A stretch of DNA of 63,967 nt, filler included, from Octopus bimaculoides (taxonomy: Eukaryota): the NCBI RefSeq assembly GCF_001194135.2. It is 6 parts of 6 records of this genome, joined end to end, with 100 filler letters (N's around TTAATTAATTAA, not from the genome) between each part and the next. Parts side by side here need not be neighbours in the genome. Positions count along the whole stretch, not along the records: positions 36,247 to 45,538 come from NC_068987.1; positions 45,639 to 61,596 come from NW_026306484.1; 4 more parts are not named here. The stretch is one strand, 5' to 3'. The notes beneath the pieces are model-generated. The model ran no database searches. It was not told the DNA's origin and was given only the letters and a program-made list of their open reading frames with translations. How positions within the stretch are numbered: the first letter of the stretch is position 1; every line of letters begins with the position of its first letter. The translations under genes were made by a program, and so were the position numbers. Of the stretch, positions 39,610 through 51,381 are shown piece after piece.

Positions 39610-40819
39610 TGATGCTGCTGCATGGGTGACGTTAACGATGGCGGAAGCATCGACTGATAATACTGACGATTGGCGTCCATATGTGACTGTGGCATCGAAG
39701 AAGAATTCAATTGTGACAGATGCATCGGTAGTCCACTGGCGGACATAATGTTTGAATTAGCGACGTTCGGCACGCCACCTACTACGCCGACCTCTTCATT
39801 GATCGTAGAAGCATTCAGCGGATCACAGTTATTTAAAATCTCATCGAATTCAGAACCGTCTGGTGGATCAAACAAATAAAGAGAGTCCAGTTCGGATTCT
39901 GTTGCATGTACTGCGTTCATCATCATTCCGTTTCCATTAGCAACGTGACCAACACCGTTGTTGGCAACGCCGTTCATCATGGCGGAATTTGGCCGCAGTT
40001 CCATCATTGGTGACGTCATCAAATTTTGCGGCATTACAGCGTTGTACGGGCTAGGTTGCAAAAGACTTTGATTTCCATCTACCACAGCTTGTTGGGATCT
40101 TAGCTGACCATTCTGCCGCGACTGCTGCTGTTGCTGCTGAGGATGAGGAGACTGATGGTGTAGATTTGCAGTTGCCACAAGATGGTGCTGCTGCTGTTGT
40201 TGTTGCTGTTGTTGTTGTTGTTGAATGTGATTCTGTTGCTGTAAATTTGTAAGGTCTTGCTCTGCTGAATGCAGCTGAAGCTTACTGCTAAAATGATTCA
40301 GATGAGGAGGAAGAGAATGCTGTTGCTGTTGTTGATGATGATGATGCAATTGGTGTTGTTGCTGCTGCTGCATATGTTGTTGCTGTTGCTGTTGTTGTTG
40401 AACTGTTGCAAGCGGTGGAGGAGGTGGAGGTGGTGGCAGTTGATTGCTATATCCACCGATGCTGCTAATTGGTGAATTATGTGACGTCACCACTGAGGGG
40501 CTTCGTCGCTGAGGACCTATGCCGTGATTCTGTGTAATGAGACTTCGTAGCATTGTGCAGTCACCCGGTCGTGAATCTAGACTCAAACTGGTTGGAACTG
40601 AACATATCCAGTCGTTGGAAGCAAAGCGAGCAGCGGCTGAATTTTGGCCATACTGCATTCGAAGTATTTCGCTGTAACTTATATTCGCCATCAAGTTGTT
40701 GTTATTATTGCCAACACTGCTGTTGTTGCTGTTATTGTTAGCCGGGTTGTTAGCAAACTGGTTATTATGATAAAAATGTCTAAAAGAAGCATCATCAGTC
40801 GGTGGGAATTTAAACATAC
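39243..40819 (-). CDS. SoxF: SoxF-group transcription factor, terminal coding exon (Q/N/H/P-rich region)
   Basis: Acceptor tttttcacag|GT ATG TTT, phase 1 matching the upstream exon. About 524 stop-free codons (ORF 39243-40832). Contains DGSEFDEIL, resembling the SoxF DxxEF(D/E)QYL motif. Confidence 0.8.
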
Positions 40820-41490
40820 CTGTGAAAAACAAAATACACTGAAGTTATTTATATGAAATTGTTGGTGGCATTTCTCATTTCAATGTTAAAAATACTTTGA
40901 TCATTCAATAAACGAAAGGGAATCAAAAGAAAAACAAAAGACGAAGATAGGTGTAGGAACAACAAATAGGTGTATCAGTTTGACATTCGGGAAAAATGGA
41001 AAAGCCTTTTATGTTTCGAGCACACGCTCTTCGACAGAAAGGGATAAGAGGGGAAAAGTGGAGAGAGAATTTTAAAAGACGGACAGAGAAAAAAAAATTG
41101 TAGAGTTTAGTGGTCCAACATGCGTAACCTTCCTGAACATCGCTCTATGCTCAGTGAAATGTTTATTTATATATTTAGAACACACATACGAGGGGAACAC
41201 CTGTATATTTTAGAAACAGCAACCAAATTTCACTTGACTCACAATCTTAAATAAGAAACGAACACCGTCTTGAACCATATTTGTATATCAAGGTGACCCA
41301 TGTGCATCACAAAGTGATAACATGAAACTCGAGGGCAGACGGTGTAAAATTTCATTTTGAATTTATATATATATATATAATTTTAAAGATAAGGTAAAAA
41401 TTAAACATTAATTTTTTACCAGTGGCCAGCGTGAGTAAAAACGTTCGTAGACTGCAAATATCATTATACTATGTGTGTAAATAAGTCATA

Positions 41491-41662
41491 CACTGACGAA
41501 AACCCACTGAGTGGTTTTCCATCACGCTAGAAATGGGAGTTAAATCCTAAACCACGAAAAACTATTCTTATTTTGGCACGTTGCCAAAATAAGAATAGCT
41601 TTTGGGGATTTAACTCCCATTTCTAGCGTGATGGGAAACCACCTACTGGCTTTCGCTCAGTG
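41491..41662. mobile_element. Fully palindromic Tc1/mariner-type MITE in the SoxF intron
   Basis: TA|CACTG...CAGTG|TA; arms pair almost end to end around a 3-nt loop (ggca-cgt-tgcc); 37-bp segment 41511-41547 matches 41606-41642 with one mismatch. Confidence 0.8.
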
Positions 41663-41669
41663 TATAACT

Positions 41670-41754
<85 letters not shown>

Positions 41755-42053
41755 CAGATGAGAGACAGAAAATGAAATTCATGAGACATCGTACCCGTAC
41801 CTTACAGGTGAGATGCTGTACAATCAACTGTGATGCACTATGGGGTGCAGACGCGTCTCCTCGGGTAACTTTTCAAATATCTACTTCGTGTTTTACTTAC
41901 CGAAAAGATTAAAATAATATTAGTCACTGATCTAATATTATTTCCTCACTTCATAGATATTTGTAATTAGATAATTTGATGCAAGTATAATAAAATATGT
42001 TATATCTTTACACAAACAGTTACCACTACAGGAAAATCATAACAGACACCTAC

Positions 42054-42593
42054 CATCGGAATTGTTGTGTGGCGACATCTCAGGGGTCAATACACCGCTA
42101 CTGGAGGTGCGGTCGTACACGACGCCTTTCTCACCCAGAGCACGGCATTTTTCTAGGCCTTCGTTTGGCGGAGTGGAGCAAGGTGAGGAATCTGGTGTGT
42201 TCAGCAAATTGGACAGTATCGGGGCGCTTGCCGTGATGCTGTTCATTCCACGATTACTTCGAGAACACTGAGTCTGCATCATAAGAGATGATGTGCTGTT
42301 CGAAGACATTCCGGAGTTGCTACCCACAGCAGAACCAGTACCATGACTATTATTACTATTGCTATTACTACTGTTTTGGTGGTGATGGCTGTTGGCACCA
42401 GGTCTTGGACTATTGTTGGAACCAGATCCGCCATTTGAGCCCCCAGGTCGTTTTATATTCCGTTTGGGGTTTTTTCTCCGTCTCGGTCGATATTTGTAAT
42501 CCGGGTGTTCTTTCATGTGCAGGAGACGGAGCCGTTCGGCTTCTTTCAAGAATGGATCTCTCTGTTCTTGCTTCATTTCTTTCCATTTTCGCC
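42054..42593 (-). CDS. SoxF: SoxF-group transcription factor, exon with C-terminal half of the HMG box
   Basis: Minus strand ctcacag|GG CGA AAA TGG gives (G)[41 protein letters not shown] phase-1 intron at the LG position is typical of Sox[11 protein letters not shown] and the downstream LTPEMSP (cf. Sox7/17/18 LPTP.xSP) favour SoxF. Donor GATG|gtaggt; 540 bp. Confidence 0.88.
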
Positions 42594-42799
42594 CTGTGAG
42601 GGAGAAAAATGGTGACGATTAACAATTTTTTAAATACATTGCAAGTCAAATTTTACAAGTCAAAAGTTTACACACACACACACACACACACACAAATAGG
42701 TAAACTGGAAAGACATAAAAAAAAGGTTTAGCCGTCACTCACAAGCGAGTGTGAAATACTAGCTTGTACCACGCTTTTACTAATTGTTTTAGATGCCTG

Positions 42800-43030
42800 T
42801 ATAGTCACAAGTAGATACAGACAGCCTTTCAGCCACCTCATGCTTGGCTCAGCAGAACATTCAATATCTGCTACTTGGGAGAAGGGCAGAAGGCTGCGTC
42901 GGCAGTTGAGTGGTATCCATTTTCGACTGAGTAGACTGGACCAATGGAGATGGTATACCTTGCCCAAGGGTGCAATGAGCTGCCAGATCCAGAGGTAGAA
43001 CTCACGATAGTGAAGTCAACCACTAGACTA
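42800..43030 (-). mobile_element. Degenerate SINE
   Basis: Reverse complement contains ccagtctactcagtcgaaaatggatacc and cttgggcaagg, similar to family C ccagtccactca. Confidence 0.5.
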
Positions 43031-43924
43031 TGCACTTTCACATACATACATATATGTATATATCTTACACAGACACACAAATACATTTACATATGCCACA
43101 TGTATATGTGAATGTGCGTGCGCGTGCATGTATTTGTGTGTGTGTATGTGTGTGTTTACGTGCGTGCGCATGCGCTTTGTAACTTTGTGAATGTGAGTGT
43201 ATTCAATTGCTTTCGCGATGGCACACATAGAATATGGTCCCTGGAGACGATTGAGGAAAATCCAATCGAGTCTTATATCCGACACACAACGAAATGCTAA
43301 ATTATTCAGATGACAGTTGCAAACAAAATTACAGGTGAATGATATAAATCAACCTATGAAAATTCTAATTCAAGTGGTGATGTCTATAGTAATCCCATCA
43401 GTCGTATAGTAATCTATAGTAATCCCATCAGTCTACCATAGATAGGCAGTAGCATACACCAAAATGAAGATTTAAAAACGTTGATAACGGACTTAGGAAC
43501 CTTATTATGTCAAAAAAAGTATAATGAATACCTTCTAAAATATGAAAAACCATTAATAAAAAAAGCTATTCAATATATTTGTGTGTGTGTGTGTGTATGT
43601 GTATGTGTGAAAGAGAGAGAGACAGAGACAGAGACAGAGACAGAGAGAGACACAGAGAGACACAGAGAGAGAGGAGTGCGCGCGTGCGTATGGGTGCGCA
43701 ACACACACCTACAAATGTTTTGGTTTGTACATGTCTGGCTCCAGATGTCCGAGATATTACACAGAAACAACAGTAACTTTTGTTGCTTGAAACTTAGTGC
43801 GTTTTTACAAAGTATATAAAAAAAATTGTTCTCCGAAAGACAATCCCGCAGCGAATGCTGTTTTATGATCGAGTATGAAGCAACATGCCCAAGATATATG
43901 TACACATCATTGTATATAAGTCTG

Positions 43925-44215
43925 TTCTCCTAACTAGCATGAGCTGGATGGTTCGACAGGAGCTTTTGAGCCAGAAGACTGCATCAGGTACCAGTGTCTT
44001 ATTTGGCATGGCATCTACGGCTAGCTACTGTTCCTAACGTGAACCACTTTACAGAATATACTGGATGCTTTTTTTTTATGTGGTACCGACACAAGTGAGG
44101 TTATCAAGTAACTCACAAGAAAAAACCCTCGACTCAGGGAGGAGTAGTATTGTGGAAGGCGCCTTTATGTCAGGTGATGAGAGGTTAAAGTATGATAGAA
44201 AGACATAACAAAAAA
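43925..44215 (-). mobile_element. RTE-related 3'-end repeat (family D)
   Basis: ctagcatgagctggatggttcgac...ccagaagactgcatcagg...ctacggc...cctaacg; homologous to 48441, 50690, 56650, 58130. Confidence 0.65.
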
Positions 44216-45289
44216 GGAACTCGCTGTAAAGGGACCACGTGTTTATTATCGAACTAATATATATATATNNNNNNNNNNNNNNNNNNNNNNNNNNNNNNNN
44301 NNNNNNNNNNNNNNNNNNNNNNNNNNNNNNNNNNNNNNNNNNNNNNNNNNNNNNNNNNNNNNNNNNNNNNNNNNNNNNNNNNNNNNNNNNNNNNNNNNNN
44401 NNNNNNNNNNNNNNNNNNNNNNNNNNNNNNNNNNNNNNNNNNNNNNNNNNNNNNNNNNNNNNNNNNNNNNNNNNNNNNNNNNNNNNNNNNNNNNNNNNNN
44501 NNNNNNNNNNNNNNNNNNNNNNNNNNNNNNNNNNNNNNNNNNNNNNNNNNNNNNNNNNNNNNNNNNNNNNNNNNNNNNNNNNNNNNNNNNNNNNNNNNNN
44601 NNNNNNNNNNNNNNNNNNNNNNNNNNNNNNNNNNNNNNNNNNNNNNNNNNNNNNNNNNNNNNNNNNNNNNNNNNNNNNNNNNNNNNNNNNNNNNNNNNNN
44701 NNNNNNNNNNNNNNNNNNNNNNNNNNNNNNNNNNNNNNNNNNNNNNNNNNNNNNNNNNNNNNNNNNNNNNNNNNNNNNNNNNNNNNNNNNNNNNNNNNNN
44801 NNNNNNNNNNNNNNNNNNATATATATATATATACTAAACGCACATAGCTAAGCCTCTTTATTTGCTTTATTAAATAGTAGAAGGGAAGTGGACTTCTCCT
44901 TGCGGTATAAGTAGGTCTTCCGCACGTTAGTGTTACAGATGTAGTTTCCGGGAAAAGTTAAGCTGGAAAGTAGGGAGTTATTTTCACATACTGCATTTTC
45001 CCGCGCTATTTTCTTAGAAGTAAAGTACCTTGTTTACTTCAAACGGTTGAAACATGCGTACATATACACATAAGCGTTTGTATTTATAGGTAAGATATAC
45101 ATATATACATGGTATATACACATGCACGAACACAAATATATACGTATGATAATTGACATACGCATATATGTGTGTGTATGAATCGTATGAGTCATATGTT
45201 TGTGTGTGTGTGTGTATGTGTGTATGTGTAAACATATATAGGTATAGACACAACATATATATACATAATTTAAACTATACATAAACATT

Positions 45290-45433
45290 AGTTACTTTAT
45301 TCACATTTGACGGATATTTGTCCCCACCTTGTTTGTTGTTAATACAACGTTTCGGTTGATATACCCTCCAGCCTTCATCAGGTGGCTTGGGGAAATTTCG
45401 AACTTGGGTTCTCATTCCTAAGATATTTTTCGA

Positions 45434-45502
<69 letters not shown>

Positions 45503-45538
45503 CATCATCATCATTCAGGTCACTGCCTGGAATCGAAC
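45290..45538 (-). mobile_element. tRNA-headed SINE-like element with (AAT)n spacer and hammerhead-bearing tail
   Basis: Minus strand: B-box GTTCGATTCC, then (GAT/AAT)n, then cac-CTGATGA-A-GGCTG(GAGGGTATAT)CAACC-GAAA-CG-TT-gt. Head truncated by the join at 45539. Confidence 0.6.
45342..45386 (-). ncRNA. Minimal PLE-type hammerhead motif
   Basis: Core CTGATGA (45381-45375) and GAAA (45353-45350); stem II 4 of 5 bp; palindromic stem III AACGTT; stem I only 2 bp here. Confidence 0.55.
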
Positions 45539-45638
45539 NNNNNNNNNNNNNNNNNNNNNNNNNNNNNNNNNNNNNNNNNNNNTTAATTAATTAANNNNNN
45601 NNNNNNNNNNNNNNNNNNNNNNNNNNNNNNNNNNNNNN
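45539..45638. other. Artificial scaffold join
   Basis: 44 N + TTAATTAATTAA + 44 N. Confidence 0.95.
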
Positions 45639-45864
45639 CATAAAACATAAATGAAAACTGGCGCCCCCGTTTTAAAATAGATCCTAATTTTCTCTTGCTT
45701 AGACATATTCTTGGTAATGATTATGACGATGGTGATGATGATGACGCCGATGATAACGACAATGATTATACGAACAGGATGATGGTGATGATGCTGATGG
45801 CGATCACAATGATGACAATGACAATGACGACGATGATGACGGTGATGATGACGACAACGCTGGC

Positions 45865-46005
45865 GCTGAATACCTGTTGTTGGCACTCCGTCGCTTAACG
45901 ACGACGAGGGTTCCAGTCGATCCGATCAACGGAACAGCCTGCTCGTGAAATTAACGTGCAAGTGGCTGAGTACTCCACAGACACGTGTACCCTTAACGTA
46001 GTTCT
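45865..46005 (-). mobile_element. SINE family C 3' tail
   Basis: gttggcactccgtcgc...ccagtcgatccgatcaacgg...aaattaacgtgc..gagtactccacagacacg is the reverse complement of the 62870-62985 tail. Confidence 0.8.
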
Positions 46006-47191
46006 NNNNNNNNNNNNNNNNNNNNNNNNNNNNNNNNNNNNNNNNNNNNNNNNNNNNNNNNNNNNNNNNNNNNNNNNNNNNNNNNNNNNNNNNNNNNNNN
46101 NNNNNNNNNNNNNNNNNNNNNNNNNNNNNNNNNNNNNNNNNNNNNNNNNNNNNNNNNNNNNNNNNNNNNNNNNNNNNNNNNNNNNNNNNNNNNNNNNNNN
46201 NNNNNNNNNNNNNNNNNNNNNNNNNNNNNNNNNNNNNNNNNNNNNNNNNNNNNNNNNNNNNNNNNNNNNNNNNNNNNNNNNNNNNNNNNNNNNNNNNNNN
46301 NNNNNNNNNNNNNNNNNNNNNNNNNNNNNNNNNNNNNNNNNNNNNNNNNNNNNNNNNNNNNNNNNNNNNNNNNNNNNNNNNNNNNNNNNNNNNNNNNNNN
46401 NNNNNNNNNNNNNNNNNNNNNNNNNNNNNNNNNNNNNNNNNNNNNNNNNNNNNNNNNNNNNNNNNNNNNNNNNNNNNNNNNNNNNNNNNNNNNNNNNNNN
46501 NNNNNNNNNNNNNNNNNNNNNNNNNNNNNNNNNNNNNNNNNNNNNNNNNNNNNNNNNNNNNNNNNNNNNNNTTTTTTTTTTTTTTTTTTTTTTTGGTTTT
46601 GTGAAACAAGGAAGTTGGTAAAAATAAATAGGAATGACTTAGTATAGTTTTAAAAAAGAAAAAAAAAAGTGACAGTTTTGACAGAACGGCAACACGGAGA
46701 CATTTCTGTTGGGGAATTTGTTCCAGCGAAAGGTCAGAACGCTAGACCTTTCAACCCGCAACCTCCACTACTATCCCGCTGCACCCCGATCCTAGAACCA
46801 CAGTTATCCGCCCACCCCTATACACCCACACCACACACACATACATATATTAACTACAAACCTAAATAATTACTGACCCACCTACCGACCTAACTTACAT
46901 ATATTCACACACATATACATTCATGATTAACTATTAGAAGAAAGTTAGGGATAATTAAAGATGGTGTAGCGGTGGCAGTGGCGGTAGTGGTGGTGGTGGT
47001 GATAATTCTTGATCTTTCTCTTTCTTTCTCTCTCTTATTCTTTATCTTAACAGATAGATGGACAGACTGACAGATAGGGAGATGGGTAGACAAATAGCTG
47101 AATGGATGGATGGATGGATGGATGGGTGGATATGCAACTGAACAGACAGACAAACAGACAGACATATAGATAGATAGATAGAGAGATAGAC

Positions 47192-47241
<50 letters not shown>

Positions 47242-47291
47242 ATATATAGATAGATAGATAGATAGATAGAGAGATAGATAGAGAGATAGAC

Positions 47292-47334
<43 letters not shown>

Positions 47335-47713
47335 TAGATAGAGAGATAGATAGAGACAGACACTCACAAATACACACACACACACACACACAAATGGACA
47401 CACACACGCATATATAAATATATATGTATATGTAATAGGCGCAGTCATGGCTATGTGGTGAAACGTTTGCTTCCCAACCACATGCAAGCACCACACAGAA
47501 ATACCAAAAACGCCTCAAAGTGTCTGCAAAGTAGTTCTGACTGGAGCAATGGGAGAGGAAAAAGGGGCTGGAATGGAGGTGGGTGGGGGGGGGGCACGAA
47601 TTCACTTGTTCCAGAGTGTCTGGGGTTCAGAATGTATGTGTGTGTGTGCGTGTGTGTGTGCGCACCTGTATGCATACATATATATTCATATCTACGTGTC
47701 TATATATATATAC

Positions 47714-47750
<37 letters not shown>

Positions 47751-47774
47751 ATGGAGTGTTTGTGAGCATGTATG

Positions 47775-47806
<32 letters not shown>

Positions 47807-48129
47807 CACACACATGCATATATATGTATATATATGTATATATATGTATATATATATATTTATACTAAAACTAGGTCAGCAAAAAAAAGAAACTGTGAAG
47901 TCAGACAGCTTCCATTTGAGAGAGGGGGAAAAAAAAGGTTCGGAGTGGGGTAGAGTTTAGGAATTGTTGTAAGAGAAGACAGATTAATGGTAAAACAGTT
48001 GGTAGGGACACTTGTAGTTACTACTACTACTACTACTACTACTACAACTACTACTGGGGCTACTCTTTGACAACCAGCGCTACCACTGCTGCTGCTACTT
48101 CTACTACTACTCCATATATATACTCTTTA

Positions 48130-48438
48130 CTTTCTCATTTACTTGTTTCAGTCATTTGACTGCGGCCATGCCGGAGCACCGCCTTTTAGCCAAGCTAATC
48201 GACCCCAGGACTTATTCTTTGTAAGCCTAGTACTTATTCTATCGGTCTCTCTTTTTGCCGAACCGCTAAGTTACGGGGGACATAAACACACCAGCATCGN
48301 NNNNNNNNNCCGCCAAATGCACTCACAAGGCTTCGGTCGGCACGAGGCTATAGTAGAAGACACTTGCTCAAGGTGCCACGCAGTGGGACTGAACCCAGAA
48401 CCATGTGGTTGGTAAGCAAGCTACTTACCACACAGCCA
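48130..48438 (-). mobile_element. SINE family B, near full length
   Basis: tttcagtcatttgactgcggccatg...gaagacacttgctcaaggtgccacgcagtgggactgaacc...ccacacagccact. Confidence 0.85.
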
Positions 48439-48440
48439 CT

Positions 48441-48540
48441 CATCATCATCATCGTCGTCGTTTAACGTCAGCTTTCCATGCTAGCATGGGTTGGACGATT
48501 TGACTGAGGACTGGCGAAACAGATGGCTGCACCAGGCTCC
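48441..48540 (-). mobile_element. Family D 3' end with (GAT)n tail
   Basis: catcatcatcatcgtcgtcgtttaacgtcagctttccatgctagcatgggttggacg...gcaccaggctcc. Confidence 0.75.
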
Positions 48541-48947
48541 AGCATAGCCGCAGTCAAACGACTAAAACAAATACAAGAATGAAAGAACAGATATATACAA
48601 ACACATACACTCATTATCTCTCTGTTTCTCTCTCTCTCTCTCCATTATAGATACACACACACAATTGCTTCCCCAGTTGTTGTTTGTGTGAGAAAGAACT
48701 GCTCTATTTGGGGCCCCACATTCCAGTCTTGGAGCAGGTGTTAGACACGGTTCACCGATTCTTCAGAATGCCAAAAAGCAGGGAAGCAGCACCATAAAAT
48801 ACTATAATGGGCTGACTAAGAGTGGAATGGAAGAACTTCTGCATGTGTGTTGGGTAAACAGCAGCAAAAATTCCCTCAAATTATACCCTATTGTCTTATA
48901 TATATATGTATGTATATGTGTGTGTATATATATACATACATACACAC

Positions 48948-48983
<36 letters not shown>

Positions 48984-48984
48984 A

Positions 48985-49117
48985 CGATGGGCTTCTTTCA
49001 GTTTCCGTCTACCAAATCCACTCACAAGACACTTGCCCAAGGTGTCACGCAGTGGGACTGAACCCAGAACCATGTGGTTGGTAAGCAAGCTACTTACCAC
49101 ACAGCCACTCCTGCGCC
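48985..49117 (-). mobile_element. SINE family B 5' part
   Basis: gggcttctttcagtttccgtctaccaaatccactcacaag...ccacacagccactcctgcgcc. Confidence 0.85.
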
Positions 49118-50245
49118 TATATATATAGGCACATAGATAGGGATCTAGAAATTTTCAGGAAGGACATCAGAAACCTACCACCAGAGCAAAGACCAAACAC
49201 ATCTGTCTGTCTGTCTGTATGTATGTGCATGTGTGTGGAGGGGATGTATATATTTGTTGACATCTTACACACACACGTGCACAAACATATAAACACATAT
49301 ACACACACATACAGGCATATTACAGAAAGAAGGGGAGAGAGATGAGGCACCATCAAGATGGAAGGGGAGACGTTAAATAGAGGTGGTGGTGGTGGTGGTG
49401 ATGAGAGGGGGTGGAATACATATATATATATATATATGTGTGTGTATAAAAGGGGTCGTTTAATTTGGGTAACAGATATTAATCTTCCTGTGTGCTCCCG
49501 GGGGCCCTGCTTCCTCTGCCTAATCCTCTACTCCGACCCCACCCCACCTGTTGCCTTAATCCTCCCCAGTCCACCACCACCACTAGCATCATCATCATCA
49601 TCCATATCATCATCATCGTTATCATCCTCCTCCTCCTCATCATCATCATCGTCGTCGTCATCATCCATCATCATCATCATCATCGTTATCATCCTCCTCC
49701 TCATCATCATCATCATCATCATCATCGTCGTCGTCATCACCACCACCACGAGTATCACGGTCATCACCTTCAACCCCCCCCCCGTCAGCATCATAACCAT
49801 CCCCACTACCACCAAATATTCACCACCACCACCACCACCACCACTACTGCAATCACCACCATCGCATCCACCTTCTTACTAGCAGCAGCATCACCATCAT
49901 TACCACCACCGTCACCATTGCCAGCCCCCACCCCCGGCATCGTCAACGGTCACTACAACCAAGAGGCATCAATTATAAATACCCCAATACGCCAGCGCCC
50001 CAGCGCCGGCCCCAAACAGCCCCTTCTTAGCTGACACCTGATACCCAATACCAGGGTATTGGGGTTTGATGGGTGAGGGAATTTATAAAAAAAAAACGAA
50101 CCCCCTAGAGGGGTACGAAACCGGTACCATTTGTACACGTGCAAAGTTACCATCCACACACATGTTTATCAGCACTGAGGAGGGAGACCCCTAGAAAGGA
50201 CCTCAATGGACTACTGTCTAATGTATGTCTGTAGGAGATAATGAA

Positions 50246-50690
50246 GGGGACCTCTACATGGTAGCCAGACCTGCTAGAAATAGCAACCAAATCTCCCTCA
50301 AATCACACCCTACTCTCTTATCTATGTATATATGTATGTATGAGCCAATGAGGGAGGCCTCTACATGGTAGCTAGACCTGCTAGAAATAGCAACCAAATC
50401 TCCCTCAAATCACACCCTACTCTCTTATCTATGAATATATGTATGTATGAGCCAATGAGGGAGGCCTCTACATGGTAGCTAGATCTGCTAGAAATAGCAA
50501 CCAAATCTCCCTCAAATCACACCCTACTCTCTTATCTATATATATATGTATGTATGAGCCAATGAGGGAGACCTCTACATGGTAGCCAGACCTGCTAGAA
50601 ATAGCAACCAAATCTCCCTCAAATCACACCCTACTATCTTATTCATGTATGTATAAGCCAATGAGGGGGATCTCTACATGGCAGCTAGAC
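50246..50690 (+). repeat. 107-bp tandem repeat, about 4.2 copies
   Basis: cctctacatgg starts at 50251, 50358, 50465, 50572, with a partial fifth unit at about 50671. Confidence 0.95.
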
Positions 50691-50950
50691 CATTTTCCAT
50701 GCTGATATGGGTTGGACAGTTTGACTGGGGTCTCGGAAGCCAGAAAGCTGCACCAGGCTCCAATCTGATCTGGCAATGCTTCTACAGCTGGATGCTCTTC
50801 CTAACGCCAACCACTCCGAGAGTGTAGTGGGTGCTTTTACGTGCCACCGGCACTAGGGCCAGTGAGGTGGTACTGGCAACGGCCACGCTCAAAATGGTGT
50901 TTTTTACGTGCCGCCTGCACAGGAGCCAGTCCTGCAGCACTGGCAACGTG
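50690..50950 (-). mobile_element. Family D repeat
   Basis: ttttccatgctgatatgggttggacag...gcaccaggctccaatctgatctggc...cctaacgccaaccactccgagag...ttttacgtgccaccggcac. Confidence 0.8.
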
Positions 50951-51350
50951 CTTAGGGTCTCTATTGGTCTTAAATTGTCCCTGCATCTTACTGTTTTGCT
51001 TCATTTAGAAAAATAAAAATATATTCTATGGTTAATTTTTGTGACTTATATTTTGAATTACATATATGTGGGTGCGGGAATGTATTTAAATCTTTTTAGT
51101 GTTTAAGGCCTCCATGGAAAATAAAAATATATAAACTGAGCAATTTAAATCTGATGTACAGTGCAGAAACAAATGTTGTGATCTACGATTAGAGTCTGCT
51201 ATCCTCAATCTTCATGCTATGTAATTCTTATGCATAGAGGACTTCCATATGCATATCCAACCCTGTAATACATCCTACAGTGGAATAACAACATGTGATG
51301 GACAAATAACAGAATAAAAGCTCTTAAAAGCACATTACTATATATATGTA

Positions 51351-51381
<31 letters not shown>

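Noticed and set aside
39554-40856. Plus-strand ORFs overlapping SoxF, and at 42062-42599
   Set aside because: Antisense shadows of a low-complexity coding region; no motifs or splice support.
49492-50034. 180-aa His/Pro-rich ORF as the missing SoxF first exon
   Set aside because: Wrong strand, derived from (CAT)n/(CAC)n, and no RRPMNAFMVW motif was found on either strand in the visible sequence.
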